NCBI GenBank assembly: GCA_030390025.1
Contig: CM059432.1
Coordinates: forward strand, 16,246,001-16,310,000
Direction: 5' to 3'
From: Squalus acanthias
Lineage: Eukaryota
DNA: 64,000 nucleotides
The notes below the pieces were generated by a model, which did no database searches, was not told the DNA's origin, and was given only the letters and a program-made list of their open reading frames with translations. Positions 12,545 through 23,525 of the stretch are shown piece by piece. The position numbers were made by a program, and so were the translations under genes. The first letter of the stretch is position 1, and every line of letters starts with the position of its first letter.

Positions 12545-13175
12545 AAATGGAACATTAGCTTTTGTTGCAAAGGGATTAGAGTTTAAGAGTAAAGAAGTCT
12601 TACTACAATTATACATCTGGAGTACTGTGTACAGTTCTGGTCTCCTTACCTAAGGAAAGACATACTTGCCTTAGAGGGAGTGCAACGAAGGTTCACTAGA
12701 CTGATTCCTGGGATGGGGGGATTGCCCTATGAGGAGAGATTGAGTAGACTAGGCCTATATTCCCCAGAGTTTAGAAGAATGAGAGGTGATCTCACTGAAA
12801 CATCTAAAATTCTTAAGGGGCTTGACAGGGTTAATGTTGAGAAAATGTTTCCCCTGGCTGGGGAATCTAGAGCACGGGGTCACAGTCTCAGAATATGGGG
12901 TCAGCCATTTAGGACTGAGATGAGGAGAAATTTCTTCACTCAAAGGGTTGTGAATCTTTGGAATTCTCTACCCCAGAGAGCTGTGGATGCTCAGTCGTTG
13001 AGTATATTCAAGACAGAGGTCGATAAATTTTTGGGAACTAAGGAAATTAAGGAATATGGGGATAGTGTGGGAAGGTGGAGTTGAGGTAGATCAACCATGA
13101 TCTTGTTGAATGGCGGAGCAGGCTCGAAGGGCCAAATGGCCGACTCCAGCTCCTATTTCTTATGTTATGTTCTTA
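12545..13175 (+). mobile_element. CR1 LINE 3' fragment
   Basis: QRRFTRLIPGM...RRMRGDL...NFFTQRVVNLWNSLP plus 3'UTR and tail. Confidence 0.92.
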
Positions 13176-13553
13176 AACAACTTCTTATTGTTGGTTGGAA
13201 AATTAGAATTCATTTGGCTTGTTATATTTCATTGGTACATTAACCTTCTCTGCCATCTAGGTCTGACTTTTTTGCATTGCAAGATTTTTAAGGGTAAATT
13301 TTCTGCTTCTGTGATCCTGGCTCACACATATTAGGCAATTGTCAACCTGCATCCCATGACTGTCCATCTGTTAACGTTAATGGATGGACAATTATTGGCT
13401 GGGGAGGTTCAATTTTGTGTCCCTGGTACAGGCCAGAAGCGTAGAAGCAGAAAATTTACTCTTCATTCCCAACTCTGTTTAACATAGAACAGTACAGCAC
13501 AGTACAGGCCCTTCGGCCCTCGATGTTGTGCCGAGCATTGTCCGAGACCAAGA

Positions 13554-16457
13554 TCAAGCTATCACACTCCCTATCACTCTGGTGTGCTCCATGTGCTTAT
13601 CCAATAACCGCTTGAAAGTTCCTAAAGTGTCCAACTCCACTATCACAGCAGGCAGTCCATTCCACACCCCAACCACTCTCTGAGTAAAGAATCTACCTCG
13701 GACATCCCTTCTATATCTCCCCCCATGCACCTTATAGTTATGCCCCCTTGTAACAGCTGCCTCTACCCGAGGAAATAGTCTCTGAACATCCACTCTATCT
13801 ATCCCCCTCATCATCTTATAAACCTCTATTAAGTCGCCTCTCATCCTCCTCCGCTCTAAAGATAAAAGCCCCAACTCCCTCAATCTTTCCTCATAAGACC
13901 TCCCCCCCAAACCAGGCAGCATCCTGGTAAATCTCCTTTGCACTCTTTCCAATGCTTCCACGTCCTTCCTATAGTGAGGTGACCAGAACTGCACACAATA
14001 TTCCAAATGTGGTCTCACCAAGGTCCTGTACAGTTGCAGCATAACCTCACGGTTCTTAAACTCAAACCCTCTGTTAATAAACGCCAACACACCATAGGCC
14101 TTCTTTACTGCTCTATCCACTTGAGTGGCAACCTTCAGAGATCTGTGGATATGAACCCCCAGATCCCTCTGCTCCTCCACGTTCCTCAGAACCCTGCCGT
14201 TGACCCTGTAATCCTTATTCAAATTTGCCCTACCAAAATGAATCACCTCGCACTTATCAGGGTTAAATTCCATCTGCCATTTTTCGGCCCAGCTCTGCAT
14301 CCTATCAATGTCTCTTTGCAGCCTACAACAGCCCTCCACCTCATCCACTGCTCCACCAATCTTGGTGTCATCAGCAAATTTACTGATCCACCCTTCAGTC
14401 CCCTCCTCCAAGTCATTGATAAAAATCACAAACAGCAGAGGACCCAGCACCGACCCCTGTGGCACACCGCTGGTAACTGGTCTCCAGTCCGAAAATGTTC
14501 CATCCACCACCCTCTGCCTTCTATGAGATAGCCAGTTACTTATCCAATCGGCCAAATTTCCCTCTATCCCACAACTCCTTACTTTCTTCATGAGACGACC
14601 ATGGGGAACCTTATCAAACGCCTTACTAAAATCCATGTATACGACATCAACTGCTCTACCTTCATCTACACACTTAGTTACCTCCTCAAAGAATTCAATC
14701 AAATTTGTTAGGCAAGACTTACCCTTCACGAATCCGTGTTGACTATCCCTGATTAAGTTGCCCCTTTCCAAATGGTCATAAATCCTATCCCTCAGGACCT
14801 TTTCCATTATCTTACCAACCACCGAAGTAAGACTAACCGGCCTATAATTACCAGGGTCATTCCTATTTCCTTTCTTGAAGAGAGGAACAACATTCGCCAC
14901 TCTCCAGTCCTCTGGCACCATTCCCGTGGACAGTGAGGACCCAAAGATCAAAGCCAGAGGCTCTGCAATCTCTTCCCTTGCCTCCCAAAGAATCCTAGGA
15001 TATATCCCATCTGGCCCAGGGGACTTATCGACCCTCAGGTTCTTCAAAATTGCTAAAACATCTTCCCTCAGAACATCTACCACCTCCAGCCTATCCACCT
15101 TTATCACACTCTCATCCTCAAGAACATGGCCCCTCTCCTCGGTGAACACTGACGAAAAGTATTCATTCATCACCTCTCCTATCTCTTCTGACTCCATGCA
15201 CAAGTTCCCACTACTGTCCTTGACCGGCCCTACCCTCACCCTGGTCATTCTTTTATTTCTCACATAAGAGTAAAAGGCCTTGGGGTTTTTCTTGATCCGA
15301 CCCGCCAAGGACTTCTCATGCCCCCTCCTAGCTCTCCTAAGCTCTTTTTTTAGCTCATTCCTTGCTACCTTGTACCCCTCAATCGACCCAACTGAACCTT
15401 GTTTTCTCATCCTTACATACGCTTCCTTTTTCCTCTTGACTAGACATTCAACCTCTTTTGTGAACCATGGTTCTCTCACTCGGCCATTTCCTCCCTGCCT
15501 GACAGGGACATACCTATCAAGGACACGCAGTAATTGCTCCATGAAAAAGCTCCACTTTTCGTTTGTGCCTTTCCCTGATAGTTTCTGTTCCCATCTTATA
15601 CTCCCTAATTCTTGCCTAATCGCATCATAATTACCCCTCCCCCAATTATAAACCCTGCCCTGCCGTATGGCCCTATCCCTCTCCATTGCAATAGTGAAAG
15701 TTACCGAATTGTGGTCACTATCTCCAAAGTGCTCTCCCACATACAAATCAAACACTTGGCCCGGTTCATTACCCAGTACCAAATCCAACGTGGCCCCAGC
15801 TCTTGTCGGCCTATCCACATATTGTGTCAGGAAACCCTCCTGCACACACTGTGCAAAAACTATCCCATCCGAACTGTTTGACCTATAAAGGTTCCAATCA
15901 ATATTTGGAAAGTTGAAATCACCCATGACAACTACTCTGTGACCTCCACACCTATTCATAATCTGCTTTGCAATTTCTTCCTCCACATCTCTATTACTAT
16001 TTGGGGGCCTGTAGAAAACTCCTAACAACGTGACCGCTCCTTTCCTATTTCTAACTTCAGCCCATATTACCTCAGACGGCAGATCCCCCTCGAACTGCCT
16101 TTCTGCCGCTGTTAAACTATCCTTGATTAACAATGCTACTCCTCCACCTTTCTTACCAACTTCCCTACTCTTACTGAAACATCTATACCCCGGAACTTCC
16201 AACAACCATTCCTGTCCCTGTTCTAACCATGTCTCCGTAATGGCCACCACATCGTAGTCCCAAGTACCAATCCACGCTCCAAGTTCTCCTACCTTATTCC
16301 GGATGCTCCTTGCATTGAAGTAGACACACTTCAAGCCATCTTCCTGTCTGCCGGTACATTCCTGCGACCTTGATACCCTCCTCAGTACCTCCCTACACTC
16401 ACCACTGGCTCCTGGACTACAGCCCTTTTTCCCATCCCCCTGACAAATTAGTTTAAA
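13554..16457 (-). CDS. CR1 ORF2: APE-type endonuclease plus reverse transcriptase (no AUG upstream of the endonuclease)
   Basis: Endonuclease motifs NARS, ITETWL, YRPP, MGDFN, SDH; RT motifs [36 protein letters not shown]; no stops. The ORF-track start at 16568 is TTG inside ORF1. Confidence 0.93.
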   Translation of the reverse strand, partial: FKLICQGDGKKGCSPGASGECREVLRRVSRSQECTGRQEDGLKCVYFNARSIRNKVGELGAWIGTWDYDVVAITETWLEQGQEWLLEVPGYRCFSKSREVGKKGGGVALLIKDSLTAAERQFEGDLPSEVIWAEVRNRKGAVTLLGVFYRPPNSNRDVEEEIAKQIMNRCGGHRVVVMGDFNFPNIDWNLYRSNSSDGIVFAQCVQEGFLTQYVDRPTRAGATLDLVLGNEPGQVFDLYVGEHFGDSDHNSVTFTIAMERDRAIRQGRVYNWGRGNYDAIRQELGSIRWEQKLSGKGTNEKWSFFMEQLLRVLDRYVPVRQGGNGRVREPWFTKEVECLVKRKKEAYVRMRKQGSVGSIEGYKVARNELKKELRRARRGHEKSLAGRIKKNPKAFYSYVRNKRMTRVRVGPVKDSSGNLCMESEEIGEVMNEYFSSVFTEERGHVLEDESVIKVDRLEVVDVLREDVLAILKNLRVDKSPGPDGIYPRILWEAREEIAEPLALIFGSSLSTGMVPEDWRVANVVPLFKKGNRNDPGNYRPVSLTSVVGKIMEKVLRDRIYDHLERGNLIRDSQHGFVKGKSCLTNLIEFFEEVTKCVDEGRAVDVVYMDFSKAFDKVPHGRLMKKVRSCGIEGNLADWISNWLSHRRQRVVDGTFSDWRPVTSGVPQGSVLGPLLFVIFINDLEEGTEGWISKFADDTKIGGAVDEVEGCCRLQRDIDRMQSWAEKWQMEFNPDKCEVIHFGRANLNKDYRVNGRVLRNVEEQRDLGVHIHRSLKVATQVDRAVKKAYGVLAFINRGFEFKNREVMLQLYRTLVRPHLEYCVQFWSPHYRKDVEALERVQRRFTRMLPGLGGRSYEERLRELGLLSLERRRMRGDLIEVYKMMRGIDRVDVQRLFPRVEAAVTRGHNYKVHGGRYRRDVRGRFFTQRVVGVWNGLPAVIVELDTLGTFKRLLDKHMEHTRVIGSVIA

Positions 16458-16785
16458 CCCCCCCGAAGAGCCGTAGCAAATTTCCCTCCCAGGATATTGG
16501 TGCCCCTCTGGTTCAGGTGCAAACCGTCCTGTTTGTACAGGTCCCACCTTCCCCAGAATGTGCTCCAATTATCCACATAACTGAAACCCTCCCCCCTACA
16601 CCATCCCTGCAGCCACGTGTTTATCTGCACTCTCTCCCTGTTCCTCAACTCGCTAGCACGTGGCACCGGCAACAAACCAGAAATTACAACATGGTTTGTA
16701 CTGGCTCTCAGCTTCCAACCTAGCTCCCTAAATTCCTGTTTTAAATCCCCGTCCCTTCTCCTACCTATGTCGTTGGTACCGATGT
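16448..16785 (-). CDS. CR1 ORF1 C-terminal SGNH/GDSL esterase-like domain (5'-truncated)
   Basis: IGTNDIG and DGLHLN motifs typical of CR1 ORF1 esterase domains; ends GGLN*. Confidence 0.85.
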
Positions 16786-17072
16786 TTCTAACAATAGTTT
16801 TTGCAATTGGCTGCAATTTTAGTTGCAGCGACCAAGTGAGCAGGATGGGAATTCCTTAGGGATGCCAATGCCGCGCCTATATTTGGAGGAAGATGAGCAG
16901 TTCTTGATGGCACAAAAATGGCAGGGTCCATATTTTATTGGAACAGACATCCTGGGCATCTCAGAGGAGACCACTTGCAGCCTTCACAATGGAAGCTGCA
17001 AGATTAGCTGTGCCATCTCCTGGGTGCTGGCCTGCAGACACAAGGATAACTTTCCCCACGGGTTTGGGAAAC

Positions 17073-17330
17073 TGGCCAATATTCTCTGGAGTTTAGAAGA
17101 ATGAGAGGTGATCTCATTGAGACTCAATCTCTCCTCATAGGACAATCCCCCCATCCCAGGAATCAGTCTGGTGAACCTTCGTTGCACTCACTCTATGGCA
17201 AGTATATCCTTTCTTAGGTAAGGCGACACAGTACTCCAGGTGTGGTCTCACCAGGGCCCTACATAATTGCAGTAAGATGTCTTTACCCTTATACTCAAAT
17301 CCTCTTGTAATAAAGGCCAACATACCACCA
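17073..17330. mobile_element. CR1 RT fragment with a short internal inversion
   Basis: 17073-17120 is + strand (YSLEFRRMRGDLI region); 17122-17330 is the directly upstream CR1 segment on the - strand. Confidence 0.75.
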
Positions 17331-17399
17331 CCTTCACTAGCCCCGATTTTGCGAGACTCCACTGGCACCTTGGTGCCTCGCCACCAGTGAGCACAGCTG

Positions 17400-17625
17400 G
17401 GGGAATCCTTTCAAGACACTGCCGGCAACAAGTACCAAGTCCGCCTGTCGACTGTCCACAGATGCATCAAGCAAGTGGCAGAGGAGCTTGTTGGCAAGGG
17501 GCAAAAAGTTAATCGTGTTTCCTGTGGAAAAACAGGGCAGCGGCTTGACAGAGCACAGAACGTTTTCCAGGAGGCAGGGTGGAAAAGAGTGCAGATTCCA
17601 TCATCGATGGTAGCCGTGTGCTGTA
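17400..17625 (+). pseudogene. Decayed PIF/Harbinger transposase fragment
   Basis: GESFQDTAGNKYQVRLSTVHRCIKQVAEEL, then with frameshifts IVFP...EAG...VQ...IIDGSRV, matching the HARBI1-like pattern GSFQ..GD...IS....RC...V..AL....I.FP...AG.P.V.G.ID.THV. Confidence 0.7.
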
Positions 17626-17704
17626 CAGACCATCGAGGCTGGTTGACACATTCTGACGGGCGAGATGCACTGCTCTTCTCTGAGGAGGGCAATCCTTCAC
17701 AGAC

Positions 17705-18175
17705 AAGAAAGAATGGAAGAACATTTATAAAGCACCTTTCACAACCTCAGTATGTCCCAAAGCGCTTTTACAGCCAATTAAGTACTTTCGAAATGTAGTC
17801 ACTGCTGTAATAGAGGGAACCATGGGAGCCAATTCATGCACAGCAAGCTCCCACAAACAGCATTGTGATAATGACCAGATAATCTATTTTTAGGTGTTAG
17901 TTGAGGGATAAATATTGGCAAGAGCACCAGGGTGAACTCCCCTGCTGTTCTTTGAATAGTACTATGGAATTTTTTACGTCCACCTGAGAGGGCAGACAGG
18001 GCCTCAGTTTAACATCTCATCTGAAAGACGGCACCTCCAACAGTGTAGCACTCCCTCAGTACTGCACTGGAGTGTCAGGCCTAGATTTTGTACTCAAGGC
18101 CCTGGAGTGGGGCTTGAACCCACAACCTTCTGACCCTAGAGGCAAGAGTGCTACCACCAAGCCACGGCTGACATC
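17705..18175 (-). mobile_element. SacSINE1-like Deu-domain SINE
   Basis: Reverse-complement homolog of 8095-8568. Confidence 0.8.
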
Positions 18176-18904
18176 TCGTGCAGCTCAGACATCTTGCCAG
18201 CCATTAAACATGGGGTAGATGCTGTGCCGCACTGTCATTTGCCATTTCGTACCTCCATATTGTGTTCCCTTTCAGTTCAGTTTTGCCTAATGTTTCTCTC
18301 TTCCTCCTCCCAAGCCTCACCAAAGGATGGCAAATATTTAAAATACATTTTGAACCTGTATAGAGGCTGTCACAATATTTGCCCCCATACGCAGCCACTT
18401 AGTTTTAAATGAACGTGTTCCTTCAAATTTGAGCTGCGAACCAGATTTTCCACATCCCTCCATTAGGCTAGCTGATAGGGCAAGGCCAAGCTGTGCTGAG
18501 GCCCTCTGCCAACTTTTCAAGTGATCTGGACATACAAAACAACGCACAGTCAGCTCAGTGCACTTTCTGCTGATTTTATGCTACCAGCTAGTCACTCCAG
18601 ACAGATTATCCCCGGAGTTTTTACAGAGGGAGACACTGAGGGAGAAATTCGACTTCTGCCCGAAACGGGCGCAAAGTTGGCGATGTGACCACACCACCTG
18701 CCCGTTGGTGCTGGCGTGAGGTTTGGTCCTCAGTACCATCCTGCCGGCAGGCTGCAGGTGCCAAACAGGCCGCTCGCCGACTCAGGCCGCCTGGAGGCCG
18801 TAGGTTGGAGGGTAACCATAAAGACTAAAATTACTTTATGCAACCACATTACAGTATTGTGGTAAAGACTTCATATATAAAATTTAAAATACAATGACCT
18901 TCCT

Positions 18905-19300
18905 TGAGAGATTTCCATGGCCTCGCCCCTCCCTATCTCCGTAATCTCCTTCAGCCCTACAACCCCCCCCCCACCCCGAGATATCTGCGCTCCTCTAATT
19001 CCGCCCTCTTGAGCATCCCTGATTATAATCGCTCAGCCTTTGGTGGCTGTGCCTTCTGTTGCCTAGGCCCTAAGTTCTGGAATTCCCTGCCTAAACCTCT
19101 CCGCCTCTCTACCTCTCTTTCCTCCTTTAAGACGCTCCTTAAAACCTACCTCTTTGACCAAGCTTTTGGTCACCTGCCCTAATTTCTCCTTAGGTGGCTC
19201 GGTGTCAAATCTTTTGTCTTACAATACTCCTGTGCAGCGCCTTGGGACGTTTTACTACGTTAAAGGCGCTATATAAATACAAGTTGTTGCTGTTGTTGTT
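18905..19300 (+). mobile_element. L2 LINE 3' fragment
   Basis: HGLAPPYL...RAF...GPK.WNSLP..LR...SLSSFKTLLKTYLF-type C-terminus; tail GCGCTATATAAATACAAG(TTG)n. Confidence 0.85.
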
Positions 19301-20031
19301 GAGATTTGAAAGGGCTCAGTACTGCACACTTATCTGTATTTGAGCACAGTGGGCCTGTGATTTTAGCTGAATAACAAATTAGACAATGAATGCCACCAAA
19401 ACAAAATTTTCAGATCAAGTTTTTGAGACAAACACAGCTCCTCAGAGAATTAAAGGAACATTCTCCCTTCATAAATGCTTCACTCCATCGTCTTCCAAAA
19501 GACAGAGCAGGCTGCCCGCCCCCGGCGAGTGTTTGCAGAATTCTCGATTATTGATTCTGTAAATTCTCTCCATTAGTGTCAAATGGCGGGGTGGTGGGGG
19601 GGGGGGAGCATTACACAAGTCAAAATGGTGCACAGATTCTGCCCCGTGATACGGAGAAACCTGTTGCCTTTAACCACTTGGCTGATGAGCAATGAAACAA
19701 ACACTTCACACGTTTTGGTAAGAAGAATGTTGCGAGTCTGAGGCCGCGTCCCGGACACACCAGGATCAGAGGAAACCCCACAGGTGACAGCGTCAGAGGC
19801 CACACATGCACATGTAATTATATCTTCAGCTGTTGCCATTGATACGGTCTGCAACGGCAGTTTAGGAGAAGGCAAACAGGGACACTGCCACCTAGTGGAC
19901 TTTAATTTAGTTGATTTATGGACAACTATCAATCTCAGCAAATAACTTTCTTACTGTTGGCCGACTGTTATTTCTTTTTTAATATTTTTTTTAGCTGCAA
20001 TTTTTTGCAACTTTTTTTAAAAATTATGTTA

Positions 20032-20157
20032 CTGGACTAGCAATCCAGAGAACTGGACTAGCAATCCAGAGGTCTGGACTAGCAATCCAGAGAACTGGAC
20101 TAGCAATCCAGAGAACTGGACTAGCAATCCAGAGGTCTGGACTAGCAATCCAGAGAA
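20032..20157 (+). repeat. 6 x 21-bp tandem repeat of a hairpin unit at the head of a decayed SINE-like element
   Basis: CTGGACTAGCAATCCAGAG(AA/GT) x6, variant order A-B-A-A-B-A. Confidence 0.9.
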
Positions 20158-20293
20158 CATGATCTTAAATCCTACCATGGCAATTTGAGAATTTGAATTA
20201 AGTTTTTTTTTTAATTTGGAAATAAAAACTGGCAATAGTAAAAAGTGACCATGAAGCTGTCGGATTGTTCACTTTAGGGACTGTCGTCCTTAC

Positions 20294-20446
20294 CAATGTT
20301 CCCTTTAAATTTTTTACTGCTCCGCAGCCCCTTTAAGGGGCTGTGCAGCCCATTCAAAATACCGCGCATTCGCGGTTTTTACCTATTTAAAAGCCGGGGA
20401 GCTGGCTGCGCGGGAGATGCAGAATGTTGCGCGAGCACGAACATTG
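20294..20446. mobile_element. 153-bp hAT-type MITE
   Basis: TIRs CAATGTTC/GAACATTG; perfect 8-bp TSD GTCCTTAC at 20286-20293 and 20447-20454. Confidence 0.85.
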
Positions 20447-20602
20447 GTCCTTACCCGGAAGCCTATATGTGATTCCAGTCCCACACAAACAGGCCCATGC
20501 AACCTATCCTCATAATTTAACCCTCTTAGCCCCGGTATCATTCTGGTGAATCTACGCTGTAACCCCTCCATCCTGAGGTGCAGTGCCCAGAACTGAACAC
20601 AG

Positions 20603-22880
20603 TACATAAGAACATAAGAAATAGGAGCAGGAATGGGCCACTTGGCCCCTCGAGCCTGCTCCGCCATTCAATAAGATCATGGCTGATCTTGGGCTCAAAG
20701 CCACTTCCCAGCCCGCTCCCCATAACCCTTCACTCCCTTATCTTGCAAAAATCTGTCTATCTCCACCTTAAATGTATTTAATGACCCAGCCTCCATAGCT
20801 CTCTGCGGCAGAGAATTCCACAGATTTACGACCCTCTGAGAGAAGAAATTCCTCCTCATCTCAGTTCTAAAAGGGCAACCCTTTATTCTGAAACTGTGCC
20901 CCCGCGTTCTAGATTTCCCCACGAGGGGAAACATCCTCTCTGCATCTACCTTGTCGAACCCCCTCAGTATCTTATATGTTTCAATAAGATCACCTCTCAT
21001 TCTTCTAAATTCCAATGAGTATAGGCCCAGCCTGCTCAACCTTTCCTCAAAAGTCACCCCCCTCATCTCTGGAATTAACCTAGTGAATCGTCTCTGAACT
21101 GCCTCCAATGCAAGTACATCCTTCCTTAAATAAGGAAACCAAAACTGTACACAGTACTCAAGCTGTAGTCTCACCAATACCCTGTACAGTTGTAGCAGGA
21201 CTTCCCTACTTTTATACTCCAACCCCTTTGAAATAAAGGCCAACATTCCATTTGCTTTTTTGATTACTTGCTGTACCTGCATGCTAACTTTTTGTGTTTC
21301 ATGCACAAGGACTCCCAGGTCCCTCTGAACTGCAGCATTTTGTAATCTCTCTCCATTTAAATAATAATTTGCTTTTTTATTTTTCCTGTCAAAGTGTATA
21401 ACCTCGCACTTTCCCATATTATACTCCATCTGCCAAATGTTTGCCCACTCACTTAGCCTGTCTATATCCCTTTGCAGGTTCTTTGAGTCCTCTGCACAAC
21501 TTGCTTTCCCACCCATCTTTGTATCATCTGCAAACTTGGCTACATTACACTCGGTCCCTTCATCCAAGTTATTAATGTAGATTGTAAATAGTTGAGGCCC
21601 CAGCACCGATCCCTGTGGCACCCCACTAGTTACCGTTTGCCAACCGGAAAATGACCCATTTATCCCGACTCTCTGCTTTCTGTTAGTTAGCCAATTCTCT
21701 ATCCATGCTAATATATCACCCCCAATTCCGTGAGCTCTTATCTTATGCAGTAACCTTTTATTTGGCACCTTATTGAATGCCTTCTGGAAATCCAAATACA
21801 CCACATCCACTGGTTCACCTTTGTCCAACCTGCTCGTTACCTCCTCAAAGAACTCCAGCAAATTTGTTAAACATGATTTCCCTTTCATAAAATCATGCTG
21901 ACTCTGCTTGACTGCATTATGATTTTCCAAATGCCCTGCTACTGCTTCCTTAATGAAGGACTCCAGCATTTTCCCAATGACAGATGTTAGGCTAACTGGT
22001 CTATAGTTTTCTGCTTTCTGTCTCCCTCCTTTCTTAAATAGGGGTGTTACATTTGCGGTTTTCCAATCCGCTGGGACCTCTCCAGAGTCCAGGGAATTTT
22101 GGTATATTGCAACCAATGCATCCACTATCTCTGCAGCCACTTCTTTTAAGACCCTGGGATGCAGGCCATCTGGTCCAGGGGACTTGTCATCTTTTAGTCC
22201 CATTATTTTACCAAGTACTATTTCCTTAGTGATAGTGATTGTCTTTAGTTCCCCCCTCCCTGTGGCCCCTTGATTATCCATTATTGGAATGTTGTTAGTG
22301 TCTTCTACCGTGAAGACTGATACAAAATATTTGTTCAGAGTCTCTGCCATTTCCCCGTTCCCCATTATTAATTCCCCAGTCTCATCCTCTAAGGGACCAA
22401 TGTTTACTTTAGCTACCCTCTTCCTTTTTATATACCTGTAGAAGCTTTTACTATCTGTTTTAATGTTTCATGCCAGTTTACTCTCATAATTCATCTTCTC
22501 TCTCTTTATTTTTTTTTAGTCATCCTTTGCTGGTTTTTAAAAATTTCCCAATCCTCTGGTCTCCCACCAATCTTGGCAACATTGTATGCCTTAGTTTTCA
22601 ACTTGATACCATCCTTTACTTCCTTAGTTAGCCACGGATGGTGCTCCCTTCTCTTAAAATCTTTCTTTCTCACTGGAATATATTTTTGTTGAGAGTTATG
22701 AAATATCTCCTTAAATGTCCACCACTGCATTTCAACTGTCTTACCCTTTAATTTATTTTTCCAGTCCACTTTAGCCAGTTCTGCCCTCATGCCATTGTAA
22801 TTGCTTTTGTTTAAGATCAGGACACTGGTTTGAGATGCAACTTTCTCACCCTCCAACTGAATTTGAAATTCAACCAGATG
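20603..22880 (-). mobile_element. 5'-truncated CR1 LINE with 556-aa open RT region (20695-22365)
   Basis: [34 protein letters not shown] motifs; CATAAGAACATAAGAA tail; lies next to an older CR1 fragment at ~20480-20603. Confidence 0.93.
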
Positions 22881-23009
22881 CAGTCTAAAGTAAGGATGTT
22901 ACTTTGATAGTTGGAGCTCAAAAGGAACAAGAGAGAAAAGTTCAGAAGAACACTGACCAGAGCAATACTGTATTGATAAAATACAGCAAAGAAAAGCTGC
23001 CTCAGAAGA

Positions 23010-23525
23010 AAGAAAGAAAAACTTTGCATTTATATAGCACCTTTCACTTATCAGGACATCCCAAAGCGCTTTACAGTCAGCGAATTACTTTTGAAGTGTA
23101 GTCACTGCTGTAATGTAGATAAATGCAGCAACCTACGAAAGCAATGAGCTAAATGGCCAACTACAGTAACAACAGCAACTTGCATTTATATAGTGCCTTT
23201 AATGTAGAAAAAATGTCTCAAAGCGCTTCACAAAGGTGTAAGGAAAAAAGACCAGATAATCTATTTTGAGCGAGGGATAAATTTTGGCCAGGAAAACTCC
23301 CCTGCTCTTCAAATAGTTGCATGGGATTTTTATGTCCACTTGAACAGACAGATGGGGTCTCAGTAACAGTCATATCAGAAAGATGTTATCTTCAACAGCG
23401 CAACACTCCCTCAGCAAAGCACTGAAGTATCTGCCTAGATTATGTCTTTCAGTCTCCGGAATATGGCTTGAACTTACAACCTTCCACCTTCGAGGCAAGA
23501 GTGCTATCACTGAACCAAGGCTGAG
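23010..23525 (-). mobile_element. Diverged SacSINE1-like SINE with duplicated tail segment
   Basis: Two TTGCATTTATATAG tail copies (~23022, ~23180) followed by body and tRNA-like head in reverse. Confidence 0.65.

Larger units (their letters stand above)
13481..16785 (-). mobile_element. Young 5'-truncated CR1 LINE (3' part of ORF1 plus complete ORF2)
   Basis: Uninterrupted ORF2, overlapping ORF1 remnant, short 3'UTR and TTCTATG tail at ~13483-13489; ORF1 similarity stops abruptly near 16785. Confidence 0.95.

Noticed and set aside
13470..13490. Target-site duplication for the young CR1 (TGTTTAAC vs TGTTTCTAAC near 16783)
   Set aside because: Imperfect and overlapping element sequence; not convincing.
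14007..16859. Several + strand ORFs of 70-174 aa
   Set aside because: Antisense shadows of the intact CR1 ORF1/ORF2.
20032..20157. Palindromic direct repeats resembling a CRISPR array
   Set aside because: No unique spacers, no cas genes, eukaryotic context; simple tandem repeat.
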